Shown here in pieces: positions 22,001-37,000 of a DNA stretch of 64,000 nt. Positions within the stretch are counted from its first letter, which is position 1. The number at the start of each line of letters is the position of its first letter. Below the pieces are notes generated by a model. The model was given only the letters and a program-made list of their open reading frames with translations. It searched no databases and was not told the origin of the DNA. The stretch is from Callorhinchus milii. Lineage: Eukaryota. A program made the translations under genes and the position numbers. The stretch spans positions 124,746,001-124,810,000 of the forward strand of contig NW_024704742.1 in NCBI RefSeq assembly GCF_018977255.1. The letters run 5' to 3'.

Positions 22001-25000
22001 GTGAGTCAACGTTTCAGGTCTACGACCCTTCAGCAGAACGTTCTGTTTTCACTTGTAACTCAAGATCTACCTCTTTGTCCACACTTTCGGTCATCTTTCC
22101 CTCCCAATCCCCCTCAACTCCCATCCCCAGCCAGAACTATTTAGCGCTTTTACGTCCTGGTGTCGTGAAAGGCCCTACACCAATTGTAAGGATTATTCTT
22201 GTTATATACACAATAACTTGCATTTATATAATGCTTTTCCTCTGCCCCCACCCTCTGGAATTCCATCCCGCAGGCCCTCTGCCTTGTCCTCTCCCTTGCC
22301 TTCTTCACGACTCATCTCAAGATCCTCCTCTTCGACCATGCCTTCGATCACCCTTCCCTCCGTGCCCTCCACTCTCTCTGATTCCGACCCTTGGGTCCAA
22401 AACACTGACTGTCCAGCACCTTGGGATGTCCTCTCAACGTGAAAAGCGCTATACAAATGAAATTTTATTGTTGCATAGAGAGAAGATGCAAGGTATTGGG
22501 ATTTAAAGAGGAAGCTCCAGACAGCATAGGTAAAGGGCCTGAAAGAAGTCAGGGAATGTGAAGCAGGCCTGAATTGACAAAGTGAAGGGAATGGGCAGTG
22601 AATGGGGCTGTAGGACAACGCAGAGTTAGGGTTGCGGAGGCATCTAAAATATACATGTAATCATCTTGAAATGTAGAAAATGACATCAGTGTAAGATAAT
22701 ATCGTACAGTTTTGGCCTGCAACTGGAATACATTGAACATTCTTGATAAGACTAGTAGTTTCCTGTTCAATCCCTAAGGAACTCAATTTCTGTAGAGTTC
22801 AAGCAATGTAGAAACCAGATAAACGTACAGCGCACAGAGCAATAAGACTGTTTACTGAAGGTGTTCCTGAACTCTATGAATTCCAAAATCCTTCTCAGAA
22901 AAGTTCATTCCATTGAATAGTAGATTGAGGGAATGGTTGGCATGGCTCTGTTATTTTTTTTAGTCCAAAAAGGAACAATAGAATTGTCATCAAATGCAAT
23001 TTTTTCTGATGTAAGATTAAACTTATCTTTATGTTCATGTATTTGCTTTCTGTATTTAAGGAATTATCTTGTTCCGGAAACTGAATTAGTTATCACAGAT
23101 ACAATCAAAACTTTTCCTCCGCACATGAAATGAAGGAAGTTCCAAAGGATGCTGGTAAAATTACGCCTAAAACACTCAGCATTGGAATTAGAAATCATAT
23201 ATTAGTAGAAAGAAATATTCAATCAGTATTTTTGGCAAGATAATGGAATGAGAAAGTGTAGAAATATTTAAAAACAAACTAATAATGTGATGATGAATGG
23301 TGATATGATGATTATCACTGGTAATTACTGTACCCACCAAAAATTCCAATCAAACCAGTCAAGAACGCACTGTCCTTCCTGCCTAAACCTCCCATCGACA
23401 GGCGAGCTTTCAGCCACTGAGTCTCCAATCTCTGGAATTCTATCCCTGGAGTCCCTCCAACTTGCTCCCTCCCTTTTTTCAAAATAAGTCTCAAAACATA
23501 ACTCTTTTAACGCACTTTCAGGCATCTTTCCCCTCCCCATCCCTTTGAACTCCCAACCCCCGCTCAGGTGCCCAGCCAGCAGTGTTGAGCGCTTTGAGGC
23601 ATTCTGCTGCTCAAAACACTATATAAACGTACAACCATTGTGAACAGTATTATGTGGGCAAAGCGGGTTCACCTCCAGTGTTAATCATTGACAGGGTGTT
23701 AATCACTGACTGATCATTTTTAATTAACACATTTGTTAATTAGTGCACATCACAGTTTGCAGCCGATGATAAAAACATTTTTTGAATAAGTTTGCTCATG
23801 CTCTTCAGATTTATAATTAATCAGCATTATAACTTCCTAAAAAGGGAAGCTTGATAAAGGTGGGGAAGTGGGAGATACGTTTGTTAGTAGAGGTAACTGG
23901 GCAAATAGATTTTAAATTTTTAAAAAAATATATATAAACTTTGTACAACTCAATATTGATAACATTACTATTAAAATTGGAACATTAAAATAAGACATTA
24001 TATATTATCAAAATGAATGGTTATAATTATACTTGTTTCTGATACAGGATCAGTTTTCTTCAAATATCTTTCTTATCCACGTTATTGGTATAATGTGCTG
24101 CTGTTTGCTCAAAGAGTTTCGCCCACAAAATGTACAGTCAAATTCACTTACAGTACATTCTGTGAAACGCTTTGAGACATCTCAATGACGTGATAGGTGG
24201 CTATATCATATGCAAAGATTGTTATCATTATTATCCAGGGCAAATTCAAGATATTAGCAAAGAACCTGTTTCTCAGGCCATGCAGGGGCTATCTAGCTGG
24301 ACTTGTGTTTAGCCTGAGTAGGTCCAATGTAATCTGTTCTCAATGAAGTAATATATAACAGAGGTTGCTGTTATTCATACCGTATAAGGCAATGCATAAC
24401 AAGAATGTACTGACTTATTTATTAATCTCTGTCAGAGCTGTTGCAAATGTACTGACTGTTATTTATTGATCACTGTCAGAGCTGTTACAAATATACATCA
24501 GAAGAACAAAAGAGGAGCTCACAAGTATGTTGTTATAATGTACTGCATGTTTGCTCAGAGTACGTTATTTACAATAATAATAATCCTTACATTTGGTAAA
24601 GCGCCTTTCATGTTGGAAGAACGTCTGAAAGTGCGTCACAGGATATACTATAAACTGAAGTGACTTGTGTATTTTGGGTGAACACGGCAGCCAACATGCG
24701 CAATGCAATGTCCCACAAGCAACCATGAAGTGAATTAGCAATTTTATTTGGGGCATTGTTAACCTTTAACCTCCACCTGGACAGATAGATGGGACATTTG
24801 ATACCTGTCTCAAAGCATTTCACAGGATTTTGCTAAAAAAGTGAATGAATGTATTTTTTAGGTGAACACAGCTGCCAATTTGCACACAGCAATGCTCCAC
24901 ATGAAGTGAAAGACTAATTTTATTTGAGGAATTTTTGGCTTGGGCACCAGAAAATCCCTTCACTTTTCAAATAGTGCCATGGGATTTTTTACATCAACAA

Positions 25001-28000
25001 CAACAACAGCTTGCACTTATATAGCACCCTCCAGGCAGGGTAGCGTCTCAGAGTGCTTAACAGTAACGGAGCCTGAATCCAAGCGGGGTGGGTGGGGGGC
25101 CAGTAGGTGGCCATAAGCACAGTCGAAGAGAATGGGTTTTAGGCGAGACTTGAAAAGGAGAGAGCGGGGGCAAGACGGAGAAATTGAGGGACAGTGTTCC
25201 AGAGTTTCGGGTAGTAGGGCTGATGGTAGGGCGGAGGGTGCGAGGGATGAGCAGGAGGTCAGTGCCAGTCGAGTGGAGGTGCTGGGTGGTGGATTGGGGA
25301 GTGAGGAGGTTAGCGAGGTACGGAGGTGCCAGAGTCAAGGGATTTGAACACAAGTATGAGGATCTTGAAGTCGATCTGTTTAGTTATGGGGAGCCAGAGG
25401 ACCCTGGCCAGAACTGGTGAGATGTGGGTACAGAGTTTGGTCCGGGTAAGTATATGGGCAGCAGAGTTCTGAATGAGCCGGATTTTTTGAACAACCATCT
25501 GAATAGGCAGACAGGAGCTTGGTTTAACATCTCATCCAAAATATGCCACCTTCATTAATGCAGCACTCACCCAGCATTGCATTGGAGCGTCAGCCTAGAC
25601 TATGTGAGTTTAAAGTACAGATATGGGACTTGATCGCATAATTTCTGACTCAGAGGCGAGAGTACTTCCAACTGAGTCAGAATGGCAACTATGTTTATGA
25701 ACTTGGGACTCCTTCAAATCAGTGTACACTGGTCAGAGAGTGGGGAGGGTGACACCAGGTGAAAAATGAAACAATTTAATCCCTTTTCTGATGGCTTGAA
25801 TATTTTTGTTAATATCAGATTCTCAGCGCCTACTGTATATATTTCCTATTTAAAAATCTTTCAGCGAAACTCACCAATTTGGACACCCTGACTTTCTTCT
25901 CTCCATGTTTCCACGTTGAGAACAGCCTATCAGAAATGCTTTGGCATCAGCGCATTAGGTTATCCATCAGGACCATGTCTGAAAATCCTTCTTTTTAAAA
26001 TGTTATATTTTATTTGTAATACTGCTCTCAACAGCTGGATTAATCGTGGTTTTGAATTTATAGACCTTAGCTGGATCATTGAGTTTTTATTTTAGCTGTG
26101 CCACACTCTCTGGAACTGTCTCCCTAAATCCCTCTCCTTTCCATCTTCCCTCTAGGTTTTCTAAACTCTTCCAATAACCTACCACTTTGATTGTACCTTC
26201 AGTCATCTCACCTCCTCTATAGTCCACCCTACTTGGACTCCCACTTCATCCCTGTAAAGTGCTTTTGAGATGTTTTACTTTGTGAAAGGTGCTATACAAG
26301 TGCAAGTTACTTTAGCTATATGAAATTCTCACTGGTTGCAACACTTCTTTTAACACGAATGAAATGACAAACCCATGTGATATTGAAAAATTCTGTTAGC
26401 AATATTTCGTGGAACAATTTCCGGCCATTATTTTATGTCTGGAAAAAAAGTAACGAACTTTAGATGAGATGTTAAACCGAGGCCCCGTCTGCCTGGCCAA
26501 CAAATCCCCCAAATAATATTGCTCAGGTATTAACAACAACAATAAAACAACAAAATTACATTTATAGAGCGCCTTTCACGTCGGGAGGACGTCCCAAGAC
26601 GCTGGACAGTCAGGGGTCAGGACCCAAGCATGGGGGAGGGGTGGGGTAGGGGTGAGGGAAGGCAGAGAGGTGGGAGGGCGACTGAAGGCATGATCGAAGA
26701 GGAGGTCTTGAGTCCGGCCTTGAAGGAGGCAAGGGAGGAAGCGAAGCAAAGGGACTGTGGGATGGAGTTCCAGAGTGTGGGGGCAGAGAGGCTGAAAGCT
26801 CGGCCAGCGATGGTAGGGTGGTCGGGCAGGAGACATGGAGCAGGACATGGATGGCCTTGAAAGTGAGGACGAGGATTTCAACTGTCCAGGACATCCTCCC
26901 GATGTGATAGGCGTGATATAGTGCAATTTGTTGTTGCATTTGTAGTTGTTGGTCATTCGCTTCATGGCTGTTCGTGGGATGTTACTGTGTATAAATTGGT
27001 TGCTGATTGACGCACAAAACACAAAGTAACTCCACTTTACAGTATAGAATGTTTTGGGACATCCTTCTGACATGAAAGGCACTACACCAAATGTAAAGGT
27101 TATTGTTATTTAAACCTTTCTCTTGATAACATTATTTGTTTAGTGGAAGAAAATCTCATCACCTACCTTCAAGAGCAAAGATTTCTTCACCAAGTGTTTC
27201 TGCTATAGTCACCAATGCCTTTTCATCAGATACATTGAAAAAGTGTTTGTCTTTCGGTGAGCTTGCGATGGACTCGATTTCTTTTAGAAATTTCACGGTA
27301 CTCTGATTCCCTCTGTTGTAGCTGCCGAGCACCTAAACGTCACAAATACATTTGATTAAAAGAAATTGAATTTAGTATAGCCACTTGTGAAAGAACCTTA
27401 ATTGCTGCTCTAAATTCAAATCCCTGCGTGGCCTTGCCTCATTCTATCTCTGGAACTTCTTGTATCCCTACTGACCTGACTGATCATTCTGCTCAGCTAA
27501 TAACAGTGTGCTTCTTGACCTCCAGTTGATCTGTTCCAATATCTGTGGTCAAGCTTTCACCTCTTCTGCCCCCATTCTCTGGAATTCCATCCCGGAATCC
27601 GTCCGCCTTGCCCCCACCTTTAAAGCCTGCCTTAAGACCTTTTCTTTTGAACCACACTTCGGCAGGCACTGCGGATGCGTAGGAATCAAGGGATGCAAAG
27701 CAAGCCCGACTTAACCAATGGAGTCAGGTAGGAGAAGATTACAAAGGCAGGGAATACTGGAAATTAAGGGATATATAGATAAGTTTCAAATCCCTAGAAG
27801 GATTTGGGGAATCAACAGAAGTCGATCTGTTGGGAGCCAGGGAGCCAGTGGAGTCTGATGAGAATTGGGGATGTAGGCATGCGGAGTGCTGTGTGGGTTA
27901 GGTACTGCAAACCTGGATTTTCTCACTCAGCCCCTGGTACTCCTGCAAGCCGGAGCTCCTTTAGTTAGGGTGGTCCTAGCTAGACAAGTAGCTTGCCAGA

Positions 28001-31000
28001 TAGTGCTCTGAATGGTGAGCTATGTGGTTTTAGCTGTTAAACTCCGGAGAATCCCAATGCATATTCTGGGATCCCCAAACCATTGGCTCTTGCTAACCTG
28101 CGCCTAATACTCTCTGGAAGTAGGTTGCGTCTTGATAAACAGAGTGTGCATTCCATTCCAGGCACAGGAAAATAACCATGTGTGGGTTTCATACATACGT
28201 GAAACTCTCAGTCTGTTTAGACACTCAAGTAAAGTGATGGGTTTTCGCATGAGTCAGACCCTCGGCTGACCAAAAAAAAAGTGGACAGTGGAGTTTTGGA
28301 TTAGCTAGAGAAATGGGAGGGTAGAATATATTTTACAGAGGGCTGTTCGAAGATTGAAATGACTTAACATAACTGGCTGCTGTAGCCAAGGCTACAGTGT
28401 CATTTAAAAGGGAATGGGATGAAATGTACTATTTGAATAGTTTTACACCAGACTGGGTAATATGTTTTAACTTAATTTACAGTAATTTTGTGACCCAAAT
28501 GATAATTAATAATAAGAATCCTTACATTTGATACAGAGGAAGGATGTCTCAAAGCACATCACAGTACATACTGTAAAGGTATTTAGGATTTTTTAGGCAA
28601 ATTATGGCGTACTATGTATTAATACATTACAGGAGATGTTTATTAATCATAAAGTGACTATCTACCACTGACTGAAGGTATTAAGTACCAGGAGGAATTA
28701 CTTATGGCCTCTATCAATGGCATTTCCTGTCAGTCATTAGATACATACCTTGTACTTAAATATACTGCTGGTGGCAATTAGACATTTTGCAACTGAAATT
28801 GTTCTTCCTGCTGAATCAATGTGCGCTTTGTAAACAAACAACCTTGGCTAATGCCCTGATTCACTGAAGAAACATTCTCAGTTATTTTTAAATAGGATTT
28901 CGAGAGTGCTACATGGAAAAAAAACTTGAAACGTAATTGAGCCACGTGCTCCTGAACTTACAATGGCAAATCAATTACCAACCACTAAGTTACATATAAT
29001 AATCCCTGGCACATTTAACTTGTATGCATCGAAATTTAAATAAAGGTATGCACCAGAACAATAACAACTTGCATTTACATAGCACCCCTTACGAAGGGTA
29101 GAGTCCCAGAACACTTGACAGTGGCAGAGCAAAACACCTTCAGCAGCCTGAAATTGCACCTAGGTTTAGCCTGTAAGATCATTTTGCCTTAAAATTTAAG
29201 GTTTCATAAAATTGGGGAGAATTTCTCAATTCAATTTTAACACGAAAGACATTTTTCTACAGTTCTTACCAGGGATCACTGTTGGCATTGTATTGACCAC
29301 ATTGTACGTAATAGCCCAAAGGTATGCAAGCTAGTGAATACAGCAAAAAGCTATTTATTTTGTGAACTAACATGTGTGTGACAGGCATTCACTCTCTGCT
29401 GCTAATGGGGCAGGAAGCCTGTTGCCTAGATAGGACCTAAATTGCTTGAGCAGCTGTGATTTCTCAAATTTCTGAATTTAATGTGTTTCCTTTGTCAATC
29501 CGGTATTTGGCCCAAATCAGAGTATGAAGTGAGCGTTTTATGATTTAAGATTAGCACGTGAACTCAAATGCAAGCACAAAACCTTGCACTCCAACACCTG
29601 AGTTAGAACTAAATGTCGGTATTTTATCTACAGCATGTGTCCATGAGAAACAAAGGTATTCAGTGAATCATGCCCATCTCTGTCTCATCATTCTCTGCAT
29701 CTTTCTAGCCAGTAACTTATAGCAACAATGTATATACATGGTCCCTCACTACCTGTCTGCTCTCTGAGAAGGACAGTCAACAACAACAACAACTTGGATT
29801 TATATAGCGCCCTCCACGCCAGACGGCGTCTCAGAGCGCTTCACAGTAACGGATCCCGGGGCCGAGCCAGGGGGAGGTGGAGGGGGAGGAAGGTGAACAA
29901 AGGTGCGGTCGAAAAGAAAGGTCGTCAGCAGAGACCTGAAAATAGGAAGAGAGGGGGCGAGACGAAGGGAGTGAGGAAGGCAGTTCCAGAGCCTTGGGGC
30001 ATAGTGACTGAAGGCACGGCTGCCGAGAGTGGAGCGGAGGACTCGGGGGACGAGGAGGAGGCCAGACCCTCTCTCTAGATAGTCTCTCACTATTTCAACC
30101 CCATTTATGTAGGAGAGTTCACAGCCATGGGTCAGGGTGAAGCCTCAATTTAAGCAGTAACCTACGTGATCTTCAAAGAACATTTTATTATTATATGGCT
30201 GTGAGTATCTTCTCTTAGAAAAAATGGCAACATGTGCTAGTATTCCGTTTATGATTTTACGTCAATTATTGCAAACTATTAAGGAAATCTTTTTCTCTGA
30301 AGTAAATAACAGGAACAGTGCAGTTCAACAATACTGAATACTGCTTTGTGTACTATCGGGTGCCCATCTATTACCGATTAGGGCTTGCATTCACAGGGTT
30401 AAGGACATGTCCCTGTTTCCAGATCTCATTGATGAACAGGATTCCCAACCAAATGCAAATAGTACTTATTTTTATTGCCTTGAAAAGATTAAGGTCTGAG
30501 TGGACCCACCAGGATTTGAACCTTACCCATTCGTGCAGTCAACTGAGCTACCCCAAAACTCGTGCTTTGAATCAAAAGACAGCCTGGCACAATTGGTAGC
30601 ACTCTCACCTCTAAATTAGAAGGTTGTGTTCTCTCTGTGTGTGTATGTCTGTTTGGTAGTGTCGCTGTGTGAGTGTCGTTGTGTGAGTATGTCTGTATCT
30701 CTCTCCTCTGTATGTATGTGTTCGTGAGTGTGTCCGTGTGTATCTTTTCTCTATGTGGTTGTGATTATGAATGTCTCTGTGTGAGTTTGTAGATGTTTCT
30801 CTCTTACCTTTGTGTGTGTGTGGGAGTGTGTGCGTGTGTGTGCCTTTCTCTCTGAGAATGTCTGCCTCTCTGTGTCTGTGAGTGTGTGTCTCTCTCTCTG
30901 TCTGTGTGTTTGTGTCTCTCTCTGTGTCTCTGTTTCTGTGTGTGATGCTGAGAGGCAGGAGGTGGTGAGCTCCTGTAGCCCCGCAGTCAGGACATTGGTC

Positions 31001-34000
31001 CTCAGTGTCTGTGTTTTGGCAGAATCTCCAGACCCTTCGGGCCTGAGTTGGTGTTCCCCTTCCCATGCGTCACTTCCGGGCTGGACTATTCTGATGCCTT
31101 CCTCGCTGGACTCCCCAAATCCACCATACACAGAATTCAATGAATTAGAAACTCTGCCACCGGTTACTCACCCGCACAAAACTCTCTACCCCCATCACAC
31201 CAGGCCTTGCCAGCCTCCACTGGCTCCCAATTACTGAATGGATCGATTTCAAGATCTTCTCACTCGTTTTCAAATCTCTTCATGCCCTCGCACCTCCCGA
31301 CCTATCCGATGTGCTTATCTCCCTCAAGCATTCTGGGATTCTACCTTGTATAAGGGGTGCTATATAAACGCAAGTTGTTGTTGTTGACCCCCCTCCCCCA
31401 CTCCACCACCTCTGCTTGCCCTCCTGCTTGCCCCTCGCGCTCTCTGCTCCACCATCGGCGGCCGTGCCTTCAACTACGATGCTACCCCACGTGAAGGGCG
31501 CTAAATAAATGCAAGTTATTGTTGTTATTATGTGAATAAATAGTTTCTTAAGATTCTATAAGATACAATACAATATACATTTGTATAGTGCTTCCACGTT
31601 AGGAGGACCTCTGATGGGCTGAATGTCTTTTTTCTGATTTCATTTTTTTATGTTCTGTATACATAAGATGAATAATATCTTGGAAAATCCTGAAATATAA
31701 ACTACTTACTGCAATAGCAAACATTGTAATGTTGTCCTTTTTACAGTTGTTGATCACACTTTCTAGGTTGTGACTGTCATGAGATTCACCGTCTGTTACC
31801 ACCACCATGACTTTAGAAACTCCTTTTCGCATCCCCCTCTGCGTTGTGAATTCCTCAGTCCTGGTTTGGAAAGAGTTAAATCTTACTGATAAATGGGAAA
31901 AAATGTGACTGATACTGGAAAAAAAGTCACAATATCATAGTAATCATACAAAATCATAGAGAAAACTTTTCCAGTGTAACCTCATAAGAAACTTCAAATG
32001 ATTAAGTGTCATATCTGATAATCATCCTTTCTTTCTCAGATATGGATTGACATGCTTACTCATGCTGTTCATATGAATGAGGGAACACACCATATTATGT
32101 GGATCGCGAGTGTCTCACATCCAAATGTTTTGACAAGATAACAAGTGGTTCAGGACGCTACTCCCACGTGAAGGACGCTATATAAATGCAAAGTGGTATT
32201 GTTGTGTCTGAAAATCATCCAAACTTTGAGACTTGTGGCATAGAAATCCATTTAGCCAGTATATGTCTCCAAAAAGATGACCAGCAATAGCATTTAGGAT
32301 CAGGGAATATATAGGCATGACTTTACCTACAAAATGTTATGGTGGGGTGTAATACACAATAGAATAGGTTTATCTGGTCTATGGAATTTACTGGTGTGAT
32401 GGACTGAATGGCCTTTTCTCATTTCATGTTTATTATGTTATAATAATAATTATAATAATAATCCTTGCATTTTGATATAGCGCCTCATCATGTCTTCGAG
32501 CCATCTCAAAGCTCTTTATAGAATATACTGTAAAGTGAATGGACTGTGTATTTTGTGGGTGAAATGTTCTCACGTAATGCTCAAGCAATATTGTCACAAT
32601 AAAATTACAAGTGGACCATGCACATCCATATGAGTTTAATTTCATGGGAATGACATTAATCCCATTGAGTTTATTTTTATGCTGAAAAATTATGTCACAT
32701 TTCCTTCAGCACCACATCATACAGTAATCAAAATAAAGTATTCTCCCCAATGTCAGATCATTTCCTGTGAACTGTGCCTGATTACCTCTTCACAGGAAAC
32801 TGTAACCACTTCAATATTTCCTGATACGTTCATGATTTTATTACTTGATTACAGTGCAGACTCTGTATTGTATAAGCCTTACATACATTACTAACCAGCT
32901 GTTTTGGATGACATAGGAGGGAATTTTACATTCAGCCCAATTAATCTGTGCTGGTATTTATACTCCACTTGAGACTCCACCTCTCCTGAATCACTCTTCT
33001 ATATCCATCTATTCCCTTCTCCCTCATGTGAGTATCAATGCTAGCCTAGACTAGTTGGAGCGAGTGGCCTGCTACCTTGCTGTAATATTCTATGTTGTAA
33101 TTCTATGTATAAATCAAATTTCCTCTTAAATATTTTGATGTTTCCTCTTCAAATACTCTTTATTAAAGGCTGAGCAAACTGAAAAATTAGGTACATCCAC
33201 ATCCATACAGCATTAATCTGCCCGTAAAACTGTTGGATTGGACTTGTGAAGCATAGCAGTGGATTTAGTGATACCATATGGATTTTGAGCAGTAATTTAA
33301 CTATGAGTGAATTTACTACCCCTTTACAATTTGCACTGTAAACTAATTACAGGTGTTAATAGTTATATCAAAACAGGTGATGAATAATTAAGTGAATACT
33401 ATAGAGCAGGTCCAAAATGCATGCAGTTTTCATTGATTCTGTTCCCTCGATTTTTCCAATATTCTCTCCTTGCCCGTCTCCCCAGCTACACCATTCATAA
33501 AATACAATGAATTCAATACTCTGCTACCCATATCCTCACCTGCGTTAAACTCTGCACAGTCATCATTCAAGTCCCTGCCAGACCTCTCTGGCTCCCAATT
33601 GCAGAATGGGTTGATTTCAAGATCCACACACTCATGTACAAATCATTTCATATCCTGGCACCTCCCTATCTCTCTGTTTTGTTTACACCTGACTCCACTA
33701 ACTGCTTTCTTCGCTCAGCTGGTTCCGGCCTCCTGCTTGTCTGTCCCTTGTCCCCTCAGCTCCATCATTGGCAGTCGTGCCTCAGTCACTATGCCCTGAA
33801 ACTATGGAACTCTCTGCCTCAATCCCTCCACCTTGGCCCCTCTTTGCCCGTCTCCAGATCTCACCTAAAGGCCTTCCTATTCGACACTGCCTACAGACAC
33901 CTCCCCACCCCGGCTCAGAGTCAAGCTCCTTCACTGTTAAGTTCTGCAAGATGTTACTCCATATGAAGGGCACTACATAATAATAATAAGAGGGTAATAA

Positions 34001-37000
34001 TCCCTTAAAAAAAAAAATGTGGTCACTCAATCTACAACTGTTTGTGGGACATTGCTGTGCACGTTTCGCCCACAAAATACACAGTCAATTTACTTTACAA
34101 TATATTCTGTGAAGTACTTTGAGATGTCTAGAAGACGTGATAAGGTGCTGTATCAAAGGCAACCATTACCATTACTATTATTAATTGGCTTTCCTAAATT
34201 CAAGAAAGCTGTTCTTGTTGTTGGTTCTGATTACTAATACATAGATCGATTAAAATCTATCAGGTGAAAATCGGGATGTTTCTTAACAGACTGAAAGTAA
34301 TAATTAACAACTGGAACAGATAACCAGGAAGGGTAGTTGCATTTATCTACTTTTCTGTGTGTGAGTGCTTGTGTGTGTGAACTTGTAACTTAACGAAGCC
34401 ACCTGTTTTAACCTGCAATGATGTCTGCCAACTTCTGCATCTAACCCTTGTCTGAGCTGTCTGAGTGAATTTTGCTGAAACCAGCAACGGAGAAACACAA
34501 CACTCAAAGGATCAAGGAATTCTTTCCTCCGTATACACATTTATTCCAGATGTTTTAAACACTTGAAACCTGAAACTACTGTACATTCATGTCTCTTTGG
34601 GGAAGAGGGTAAGCAAAACATTTTAAAACATTTGTTGGGTTAATGTACTTGAAACATCAGCTTGCTGCAGTCTCAAAGTAAAGTTAGGTTTCAGGATGCA
34701 TCTGGATGTAATGTTACATTCATTATTAGAATTGGAGTTTTTTTTTCTTACTTTTCTGGACAGATTTATGTGGATTTATTTTGGGAAAACTGTTCTTGCA
34801 AGAAATATTAAGAGACTAAGATTCAATTCCTAAGTCAAGCATACTGTACTTCAAATCCTTGATTAAGCAAACATTTTTTTTTGAAAACCTAAAAGTTAAT
34901 GGTGCTTATTCCTTCAAACACCCAGAATATTAACTATACTGTCACAGGCGACATACTGGAGCCAATAAGCCCATTACAGTTTATCAGCTATGAGGTAATG
35001 ATTTAATGGAAAACAATAGACAAAAGAAAAAAAACAATATCTGAGGATGTTTCATGAAAAGAATGTTATCTCCAACATTGCAGCACTTTCTCATGAACAC
35101 TGGGGTATCATCCTAGATAATGAACTGAAATCCTGGTGTAAGGGTTTGAACCCATAATCTTCTAACCTAGAACTGCTAATGCCACAAACAGATCCAGGGT
35201 GGGAGCTGATATTGTAATAGTGTTAATTAACAAATTAACACAATGATGGTGCTAATTAACAAACACATTAAGTAGAGTGCCCTTATGATATTCAACACAT
35301 CGACTAGTCTACAGGTGTGCTGGAGGCAGAACCCCCTGATATCCTTTTTAACTGCTGCATTGTCATGCCACCCATTGGATTTCTACTTGTGGACTAGACT
35401 GCTGGTTAGTGGGATATTGTTCATATGCTTTTGCTCAAAAATATCAGTAAAAGTAGCATGCTTCAAATCTGACAGGAAAACAAAATGGTTTATGACATAC
35501 ACTGCAGCTTTTAAATGAAAACAGTTGGGCTGGCAATTGTGCTAATAATTGGCATATGTTGCAGCAGTCTTTGATGTAGTGAATGGGCTTGGTTTCATTT
35601 CTAGTAGCAGCCCACAGTGTATTATTTAATGAATTGATTCAGAGCTATTGGCACTGCTGATATAGGAGTAGCACACGGATGGCAAAGCAACACCACTCAT
35701 TGTTTAGTACACCAATGATCGTTACACTTGTACAAAGAATAATGAAATCATTAAAGCATTTTAGAAAACTTTGGAAGACATTGTACAGATTTCCTGTGCA
35801 ATTAACAACAACAAGATTATATTTGTATAGCACCTTTCACATCGGGAGGATGTACCAAGATGCTGAAAATTAAACATTATTGTAAAATCTTAGTCAGTTA
35901 AAGGGTTGTTCTTAGTGTAAAAATTTACAGCACAAAAGAATGCTATTTGACCCATCATGTCTAGTATTTCACATTATTTTCAGTCCCTTAATTAATAGTA
36001 ACAGCTGTGGAACAATGTGTTCTGTAACACAAAAATCAGAAAATGTTCACACACAGTAGATTCTATCAAAGAAACTCTATCTCCATAAATAATACTGTGT
36101 AGCGGTGGAGGCAATCAATGATAAACCATGACCACCAACACCACATTTTTGAAATTAAATGTTGTTGGGCTGCACAATACATAAAATGTTCTTTGGCAGC
36201 TTTTGATTCTCAATGTTTGTATGTTGTATGGTAGTAAAATTATTTTTCCTTCTTTATTACATGTATATCACGGGTGAAAAATCTGATGATTGTATGGTAA
36301 ACTAAACATCCTGTAGGTAAGCACAGAGGGAATGCATTCATGTGTTTGTGATTAAATATGATCATTTACTCCTCACATGTTTTCTATGTGCTCAGATATC
36401 CTTTACTGATATTCCAGACCTACAAAACAAGCTGGAGGCTTTTAGTGCTTAAGGCTGGGAACTAAACACAATTTACAAGTTCTGTAATATGGTACATATC
36501 TTTCCACTGTATTTCTACTCAATGTCTTTATATAAATAAATGTCTATAAGCATTTGAACAGTTTAATATAGATTTGTATTATGACCATTATTTTCCTACT
36601 AAAATGCAGTGATATTACTCTGAAGATATGTATTTTAAGAAATTGATATTTTAAATAGCAAAGGTCAATGTGTTTCAAATCTACTAAATGTTTTCCCTTT
36701 AGAGCCTGTTGTATAATGAGTTTAACAGCCCCACTTATAAGGAAGTGTGCAAAGCCAAAGAATTTGAACTGTTTACAGCACGTAGATAGAGAGTGAAAGA
36801 ATGACTGGGAACTTTGATTTTTGAGCTCTACAAAACTTTAGCAATGAATGTTCGAAAAATAGACATCGTGGGAAGGGTGGCCTTAATGTTTGATTGACAA
36901 CTTGCAGCTGGGAGAAACCTGTGTACAATTTGGGGATTAACTTTTAGATCGAGTCTCTACCCTTTTTAGTGCAGCCAGCACAACCCAGGGTTTGTTACTT

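Noticed and set aside
30611..31237. Overlapping 129-151 aa ORFs rich in T/H/R/E or C/V/S
   Set aside because: Translations of the (TG)/(TC) microsatellite.
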